Source of the DNA: an uncultured delta proteobacterium
GTDB lineage: Bacteria; Desulfobacterota; Binatia; Binatales; Binataceae
DNA length: 64,000 nucleotides
Assembly (NCBI GenBank): GCA_963765675.1
Contig: CAVXXK010000015.1
Coordinates: 64,039 to 128,038, forward strand
Reading direction: 5' to 3'
Under the pieces are notes generated by a model. That model was not told the origin of the DNA and searched no databases. It worked only from the letters and a program-made list of their open reading frames with translations. The position numbers and the translations under genes were made by a program. Of the stretch, positions 58,701 through 64,000 are shown in pieces (the stretch's first letter is position 1; every line of letters starts with the position of its first letter).

Positions 58701-60075
58701 GGGCGGCCTTTTGAATTTCGATACCAGTCTAAGCGAGACAAAAGCGCAGTGGTGCTCGTGGAATGATCGCTACTTCGCCGGCTTCACCGACATCGATCGA
58801 GAGACCGTGCTGAACGATGACGACGGCAGCCTGACCGGCGTGGCTGGCCCGGTTCCTTCGGCCACGCCAACCCCGGCAGTGCCGAGCGAAACGATCTCCG
58901 TCAATCAGGAGAAGTTCTTTGACGCTCCAATCCAGACCACCGAATGCGCTACCGACGTGGCTGCCAACAAAGCGAGCGATGCGATGTGTCCGCCGGCTAC
59001 GGCGAAGACGAGTCCCTACGAATATTTGACTGCGGCGCTTTATCCTGAATGCGCTCTGACCGTCCCGCTTCCTCCTCCGGGTATTCAGCCACCGTTACTT
59101 CAGTGCGCCGACCAAAGCTGGGGCAGCACCTGCAGCAATCCTCCGGGTTCCGGCCCTGGCTCCGGCTCCTGCGTTGGGGTTCCGCTCTATCGCCAGCTTC
59201 TCGTCTCCGGAGAAACCGGCGGATTGGATCAGGCCAAGCGCATGATGGGTCAAAATACGTTCCAGAGGAGCGGCCTCACTGTCAACCACGGTGTTTATTA
59301 CGTCGACACTACCGTCTCCAAGAGTACTCAGACAAAGGCGGGTGCCGAAAGCGTTAATACCTTTGTACCCGGTGGAGTCTACGACCTGTTTTTTCTTTAC
59401 TCCAAGCCGGATACCCAGCAGATATATAAATTTTATGTAGGCAAAAATATTCCCGACTCGGGCGGAAAAACCTTCGCTCAAGAAAATGTAAAATTCGGCT
59501 ACGTCGATATCAGCACCTCCAAGTACAAATTCTCGATCGCAAACGGTGGCGCATTACCGAAAGGCTGGGGCAGTCAATACAATCCCGGTAGCGGAATTCT
59601 TACTCTGACGACCAATATGTCGGGGCTGGCGGCCGACTACAACTTCAATACCGTAGTTTCCGGTTCAGAGCCGCCAGTAACTCTCGGTCAGCAGCAGTGC
59701 GAGCCGCCCACGATGTGCCAATGGACCTCGAACTCGAACGGAGGTGCCTGCCAGTGCAATCCCGACGGTCCTTATTACTCTTTGTGCAGTCAGAAGAATC
59801 CCGTTGGTCAGACGGTTTGTGATTGGTCGGTCAAAGACCTTGATTGCGGAGCGAACGGATGTCCGGCCTTCCAGGTGACATTTCCATCGGCCACTTATTT
59901 CGCCGCTAACGACAAGAGTCGTCGGCCGACTCCGGTAAAGTTTGGCTCCGCGGAAGATCCTTCGGGATTCGACTGGAAAGTAAAATACAATCTGGTCGGG
60001 AAAGCGATCTCGGGCGCGCAGTGTAACTATACGACGCAGCCGCAAGACCTGCTCTGCCAAAAGATGTCCCAGTGA
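55771..60075 (+). CDS. Large secreted G8-domain/beta-helix protein (TMEM2/CEMIP-like)
   Basis: Signal peptide; G8-like N-terminus; FFGGHT, HYPVHFH, IGHGYYLEDGTETGN motifs; many Cys. Confidence 0.85.
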   Translation: MTATSRIHQPGRILPLFASLLLVMMIFSGRALATVATCNGGTLTSGDATTDLQVTGPCEVPAGTYVFHSVNIYSTNPGVTPGGTLTFDDAVTNFYAENIVIENGGSLIAGSTTTPIGTAGGAVTIHLWGAATDPGVTCVSANCGVPSPIWNSNPRTMPPMLRPTADCAFNPLPGNVNDCFYSYEALDPSDQSSNPTAYFGHKVLALSYGGTMQLFGKKGASYTGQPGACSTTDNSCTGTSWVRLQGSVKPNATSIVVAGAVDWQHYDNIVITSTDYLPGHAEQLVISKPPVVTGNTTTITFTNAAPGVTGLQWPHNGAILDLSNTAYPGISRLGRNVSSADTRAAVGLLTHSIRIISEGDTPPVAPAYATTFPPAPTDGSTGYFFGGHTIVRQGFQSYQVQGVEFYHLGQGGEIMHYPVHFHMARQTPSGTQPVTFVEDSSVWASMTRWMVIHATQGVRLARNVGYESIGHGYYLEDGTETGNQLYANLGVLARAAVANAQNPRRIPGILSATDTSCTKHDASCAQGYDDFPYYSDANHPAVFWIMNGMNDFEYNMAAGAATCGTCYWFVPGAVSGLSQTEKWYGYAGEQLGSQPGTLPPFSDRGGTTPLETFLGNSCSSAMEAFMEIGNSAVCNGVNQMDPANLTSKVSTLQMLPSKQATQNFPVPNPSDDLYWPRVAGGGRLATRCADADMGKTNPDCTSVPMCSDGTRGNCDVVVLDQFVTNFNWAQNNFSAIWVRPFWSLVIDSEIGDVQGGGLNFVTSGDYSKSSVISGFWALARKTAFVGGSQWQNPKSALSDNPYASNAGPFNPFVSKDGLSKGLQCAPDINGNPNNSYCLSQADGISMQLTNFGGFQRMFSVYDGPTYQDSNAFINIHPTFLTTDGTVTGKVIDKNGKCQPSDLTGNPCQFAGFMNGGVSGLRAYRVSDDAAKNRCYLPNAAIGWKQPNGFYYAPAFHSTNLFFSGVDIRHFVTEPLFKGGLLNFDTSLSETKAQWCSWNDRYFAGFTDIDRETVLNDDDGSLTGVAGPVPSATPTPAVPSETISVNQEKFFDAPIQTTECATDVAANKASDAMCPPATAKTSPYEYLTAALYPECALTVPLPPPGIQPPLLQCADQSWGSTCSNPPGSGPGSGSCVGVPLYRQLLVSGETGGLDQAKRMMGQNTFQRSGLTVNHGVYYVDTTVSKSTQTKAGAESVNTFVPGGVYDLFFLYSKPDTQQIYKFYVGKNIPDSGGKTFAQENVKFGYVDISTSKYKFSIANGGALPKGWGSQYNPGSGILTLTTNMSGLAADYNFNTVVSGSEPPVTLGQQQCEPPTMCQWTSNSNGGACQCNPDGPYYSLCSQKNPVGQTVCDWSVKDLDCGANGCPAFQVTFPSATYFAANDKSRRPTPVKFGSAEDPSGFDWKVKYNLVGKAISGAQCNYTTQPQDLLCQKMSQ

Positions 60076-60136
60076 TAGACGCCGGGCGCGACCGATGGAT
60101 CGGCCGCGCCCGGCGGTGAGATGCCGGCACCGCAAA

Positions 60137-60172
60137 CGAATGAGCCGCATGGGGTGCCATGCGGCTCATTCG
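60137..60172. terminator. Hairpin between convergent genes
   Basis: 16-bp perfect stem CGAATGAGCCGCATGG/CCATGCGGCTCATTCG preceded by AAA. Confidence 0.7.
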
Positions 60173-60234
60173 GTGAAAATGGAGTATCCGGATCTGGTGA
60201 CGGTTGCCGGAGTCTATCCGATTCCCGGATGAAG

Positions 60235-60294
60235 CTTAATAGCGGGTGTCGCCGAACAAATCTCCTTAATAGCGGCTGTCGCCGAACAGGTCTT
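60235..60294. repeat. 30-bp imperfect tandem repeat duplicating a gene 3' end
   Basis: CTTAATAGCGG(G/C)TGTCGCCGAACA at 60235 and 60265. Confidence 0.85.
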
Positions 60295-60565
60295 CGTCCT
60301 CGCGGACGCTTGGGCCGACGCCGGTTACTCGGAACATCAGCTTGGCGGCGAATAGTTTGTCGCCGATTCGCCCTTGCGACTTCAAAAACCCGCCGTGACG
60401 GCGGCATTTCGGACACGGCATCGATCCGCTCAAAAGACTCGCGTTGGCCGACGTGATTCGCAGGTCGAAGGTAGCACCGCATCCAGGGTTCTGGCAGGTC
60501 GTCTGATAGACAATGCCGCGTAGGTTTCCGGAGTTGGTTTCATTCCTGGTGGTAGCTGTTTGCAT
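60266..60565 (-). CDS. Small zinc-ribbon-like hypothetical protein
   Basis: CQNPGC...CPKC; GGGAGG RBS. Confidence 0.75.
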   Translation of the reverse strand: MQTATTRNETNSGNLRGIVYQTTCQNPGCGATFDLRITSANASLLSGSMPCPKCRRHGGFLKSQGRIGDKLFAAKLMFRVTGVGPSVREDEDLFGDSRY

Positions 60566-60671
60566 CGTATTTTCCTCCCTTCCTGAGGAGGTTTGTTGGG
60601 GCCTTTATGACCCTCTCGGCTTCTTAGACGTATCAACCTCGCAAACGTTTCAAGTAACGCAGAGCAAGCGA

Positions 60672-60687
60672 AGCAATCGGCGTGCCT
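60672..60687 (-). promoter_or_regulatory. Sigma54 -24/-12 promoter
   Basis: Minus strand AGGCACGCCGATTGCT fits GGCACG-N4-TTGCW. Confidence 0.65.
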
Positions 60688-60975
60688 CGTTCGCTAATAA
60701 GTCGCGCTCCAGAAGAAAACCCTGTAAAATCGGAGCGATCGCGCCGTCGTGTTTGATTAAACTACGTCGAAGGTGGCTCGATGGACGTGAAATATGCCCC
60801 TTTTGCTACAGATCGTGCTACAGCGGCGACAGTACGTGGGCCGCAGTCGCGCGCATCATAAGGTATCCAAATGTTCATGCTGCTTTATCGCAAGTGCCGC
60901 CGATTCCTGCGGCCCTGATGCTTGCTATTTTGCGCCGAGTAGTAGGTTAATGCGCCCCAACAGGGCAAATCTGGG

Positions 60976-62214
60976 ATGAGAACACTTGCGCTCGTTATGG
61001 CCGGAGGACAGGGTACGCGGCTGCATCCCCTCACCCGGGATCGGGCCAAGCCTGCGGTGCCCTTTGGCGGCAAATACCGCATCGTCGACTTTGTTCTGTC
61101 CAATCTCGTCAATTCGGGTATCTACGCTATCTACGTGCTGGTCCAATGGCGCTCGCAGTCGCTGATTGAGCATCTGAAGGACGGATGGCAATTCGGCGGG
61201 ATGCTGCCGGACCATTTCGTGGTTCCGGTTCCGGCGCAGATGCGTCTGGGCGAGTCGTGGTATCAAGGCACCGCTGATGCGATCTTCCAGAACCTCAACC
61301 TTATCGACGATGTCAAACCGGACCTGATCGCGGTGTTCGGCGCCGATCATATCTACCGGATGGATATCCAGCAGATGATCGATTTCCATATCGAGCGCAA
61401 GGCCGCGGTCTCGGTCGCCACGCTGCCGGTCACGCTCGACCAGGCCGACCAATTCGGAATCATAACAGTTGATTCGGGTTTGCGAGTGCTGAACTTCGAC
61501 GAAAAGCCAAAAACGCCGCCGCCCGCGATGCCCGGAGCGCCCGGCAAGTGCCTGGCCTCGATGGGGAATTACCTGTTCGATCCGACGGTCCTGCGCAACG
61601 CGCTGATCGAGGACTCGACGCATCCTGCGAGCCGTCATGATTTCGGCCACGACTTGATTCCGGCGCTGATCAACAAGGTGCCGGTGTATGCGTACAACTT
61701 CATGACCAATCACATCCGCGGCGACTCGGAACAGAATCCCAGTTACTGGCGCGACGTCGGAACGCTCGAGGCCTACTACGAAGCCAACATGGATTTGCGC
61801 GACGCGCGGCCGCTGCTCAACCTCTACAATCCATACTGGCCGCTGCGCAGTTCCTACTACGACCAGCCTCCGGCGAAATTCGTGTTCGACGAAGACGGGC
61901 GGCGCGGCGTGGCGACCCATTCGGTGGTCTCGGAGGGATGTATCGTGTCGGGCGGCACAGTGCGCAATTCAGTATTGGGGCGCAGCGTGTTCGTACATTC
62001 GTACAGCCTGGTCGAGGATTCGGTGCTGATGGACTACGTCGAAATCGGACGAGGGGCGAAAATCCGCCGCGCGATTATCGACAAAAATGTGTTCGTGCCT
62101 GAGGGTGAGGAAATCGGCTACGACCTCGAACGCGACCGCCAGCGCTTTTTCGTGACCGACGACGGCTTGATCGTGATTCCCAAGGCGCCCAAACGCGACC
62201 GCACGGTGACCTGA
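60976..62214 (+). CDS. glgC: Glucose-1-phosphate adenylyltransferase
   Basis: AGGQGTRL, RAKPAVPFGGKYR, WYQGTADA, ASMGNY, YWRDVGT. Confidence 0.97.
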   Translation: MRTLALVMAGGQGTRLHPLTRDRAKPAVPFGGKYRIVDFVLSNLVNSGIYAIYVLVQWRSQSLIEHLKDGWQFGGMLPDHFVVPVPAQMRLGESWYQGTADAIFQNLNLIDDVKPDLIAVFGADHIYRMDIQQMIDFHIERKAAVSVATLPVTLDQADQFGIITVDSGLRVLNFDEKPKTPPPAMPGAPGKCLASMGNYLFDPTVLRNALIEDSTHPASRHDFGHDLIPALINKVPVYAYNFMTNHIRGDSEQNPSYWRDVGTLEAYYEANMDLRDARPLLNLYNPYWPLRSSYYDQPPAKFVFDEDGRRGVATHSVVSEGCIVSGGTVRNSVLGRSVFVHSYSLVEDSVLMDYVEIGRGAKIRRAIIDKNVFVPEGEEIGYDLERDRQRFFVTDDGLIVIPKAPKRDRTVT

Positions 62215-62218
62215 CGCG

Positions 62219-63310
62219 ATGGATTCCGCACCGCACGCTGAAGGACTGCGGGCTGGCCAGCCTCGCGCCGCGGTCGCAGGGTCGAACGGAAAGGCCGTTC
62301 CGCACGGGCTGCCGCTAAAACGTTCGATTCGTCCGGCACGTCTTCAGCTAACTGCGCGCCAGCGGCTGATATACTGGCTGATGGTCGGGACGCTGCACGT
62401 GCTCAGCCTGATTCCCGATTTCATCCTGCTGCCGCTCGGCGCGTTGGGTGGACTCATCGGCTACATCCTCGATCGCCGCCACGTGCGGATCGGGATGAAA
62501 AACCTCGAGATTGCGTTTCCCGAAAAGAGCGTCGCCGATCGCCGCCGGATCCTGCGAGCCTCGTACGTCAACCTGGGCCGCGCCGGCGCCGAGTACATCC
62601 GGCTCGGCGGATTTTTTCATACGCGCCTGGCGCGCAGAGTCCGCTACCACAATCTCGAATATTGGAACGAAGTCGCCGATCGCTATCCCGGCAAAGGACT
62701 GCTGGTGCTGAGCGCGCATTTCGGCAACTTCGAGCTGGTTGCCGCGGCGCATGCGATGCACGGTTATCAGATAAGCCTGGTGCATCATACGCAGCGCTTT
62801 CTGGCTGGCGACGCGATGGCGACGTTTGTGCGCGAGCGCGCGGGGGTCGAGATAATCCGCAAGCATTCGGCCGCCCGCGCGGTCCTGCGCGCGCTCAAGG
62901 CGGGCGACCTGGTGGCGATCCCGTTCGATCAGAACGCCAAGCGCAGCGAGGCGGTGTTCGTGCCGTTCTTCGGCGAGATGGCGGCGACCACCAGCGGGCT
63001 TGCGCGCCTTGCGATGATCTCCGGCGCGCCGATCGTCCCGGCGTTTATCGTGCGCGATCCAAATCATCGCACCCACTTCATCGAAATAATGGAAGAGATT
63101 CCCGTCCAGCGCACTGGCGACCTCGACGCCGACGTGCTCGAGAACACCCGCCGATTCGTCGGCGCGGTCGAAGCGATCGTCCGTCGCTACCCCGAGCAAT
63201 TTCTATGGACCCATCGCCGCTTCCGCACCCGTCCACGCGGCACGCCGCCGATCTACGATTGGGAGACGCGCCGCTCAAGCGCGCCGTCAGGACGCCCGCA
63301 GAAAGCCTGA
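62219..63310 (+). CDS. Lipid A late acyltransferase (LpxL/HtrB family)
   Basis: SAHFGNFE, DQN, FVPFFG, PEQFLWTHRRFRTRP; start uncertain. Confidence 0.9.
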   Translation: MDSAPHAEGLRAGQPRAAVAGSNGKAVPHGLPLKRSIRPARLQLTARQRLIYWLMVGTLHVLSLIPDFILLPLGALGGLIGYILDRRHVRIGMKNLEIAFPEKSVADRRRILRASYVNLGRAGAEYIRLGGFFHTRLARRVRYHNLEYWNEVADRYPGKGLLVLSAHFGNFELVAAAHAMHGYQISLVHHTQRFLAGDAMATFVRERAGVEIIRKHSAARAVLRALKAGDLVAIPFDQNAKRSEAVFVPFFGEMAATTSGLARLAMISGAPIVPAFIVRDPNHRTHFIEIMEEIPVQRTGDLDADVLENTRRFVGAVEAIVRRYPEQFLWTHRRFRTRPRGTPPIYDWETRRSSAPSGRPQKA

Positions 63311-63377
63311 AGGACAAAAATCGCGGATCGACCCTTCATCGCGCAGCCCAATGCCCGACCGGAATGCTTCTGACGAT

Positions 63378-64000
63378 TTACTCATCGTATTGAGTATTTT
63401 TACTCAATGTCCTGAGCAAACTCAGAATCGCAAAGATTATCAGCGCGGCGAGCCAGGCGGCGGCGCCGCTGATTAGGGGTTGATGACCCCATCCTGCCAG
63501 CCATCCGGGCAGGAGCGCGCGCTCGGCGATCATCTTGGGCCAGAGCTTCGAGCCGAGCACGAAGCCCGAGTGAAGACCGATCGAGAAATAGACCGAGCCG
63601 GTCACGATATACGCCTGCACCAGCACGATCCCGAGCAGGAATAGTCCAAAGAGAGTCGGAAGCGCGGTTGCGGGATGCGCGAAATGCGCGCCCGAGCCGG
63701 CGAGTGTGCGAATTCCGGCGGTCAAATCGAGTCCGGTGACATAGAAATGCGCGGGCGAGCGCACCAGATGCGCGAGCGCGTAGATCGCCGAGCTGGCGAG
63801 GAGCGCGCCGGTGCGTCCGAAGTCCTCGCACATCCCGCCGAACAGGAACGCGCGAAAAAAAGCCTCTTCAAGAATTCCGATCACGATTGCGGCGGCGAGA
63901 TACTTGGGCAGCAGACCACCGGCGCGCGCGAAGGCTCCGTCGCGCGCCGCTCCCAGAGCGAACGCGGCGGCAAACAGGATCGCCATCACGGCGATCGCGA
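63378..64000 (-). CDS. CPBP (CAAX/Abi) intramembrane metalloprotease, 5'-truncated by window edge
   Basis: EEAFFR, YALAH, SIGLH motifs. Confidence 0.88.
   Translation of the reverse strand, partial: AIAVMAILFAAAFALGAARDGAFARAGGLLPKYLAAAIVIGILEEAFFRAFLFGGMCEDFGRTGALLASSAIYALAHLVRSPAHFYVTGLDLTAGIRTLAGSGAHFAHPATALPTLFGLFLLGIVLVQAYIVTGSVYFSIGLHSGFVLGSKLWPKMIAERALLPGWLAGWGHQPLISGAAAWLAALIIFAILSLLRTLSKNTQYDE

Overview
GC-rich bacterial chromosomal window. The gene content (luciferase-like oxidoreductases, amidohydrolase, several VOC proteins, Cys-rich secreted proteins, lpxL) suggests a diderm such as Candidatus Binatota; this is an inference only. In order, it holds: the end of a Wzx/Wzy polysaccharide locus (1-8.8 kb) followed by a decayed PqqD/RRE gene; an MdtA/MdtB-type RND pump; a Rieske-domain protein divergent from a SufR-like regulator; secreted proteins including a clan GH-A hydrolase; a redox cluster (OsmC, GST, LLM, ADH, quinone oxidoreductase); a frameshifted thaumatin-like protein; a candidate sRNA; queA-tgt-yajC-secD with no secF; yefM-yoeB; a cytochrome b6-type/subunit IV/octaheme cytochrome c/cupredoxin operon with no Rieske gene; a DUF559 nuclease enclosed by structured inverted repeats; plsC, a polyferredoxin, FTR1, hbd, greA; a 1434-aa G8/TMEM2-like protein; glgC, lpxL and a CPBP protease. 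The most notable items are (1) the DUF559 nuclease plus a palindromic repeat family with compensatory base changes and gene-less copies elsewhere in the window, resembling a REP/RAYT system with a different enzyme, and (2) the Rieske-less respiratory operon whose subunit IV N-terminus appears to be encoded separately. Several single-base indels look like assembly errors. No rRNA, tRNA or CRISPR array was seen.
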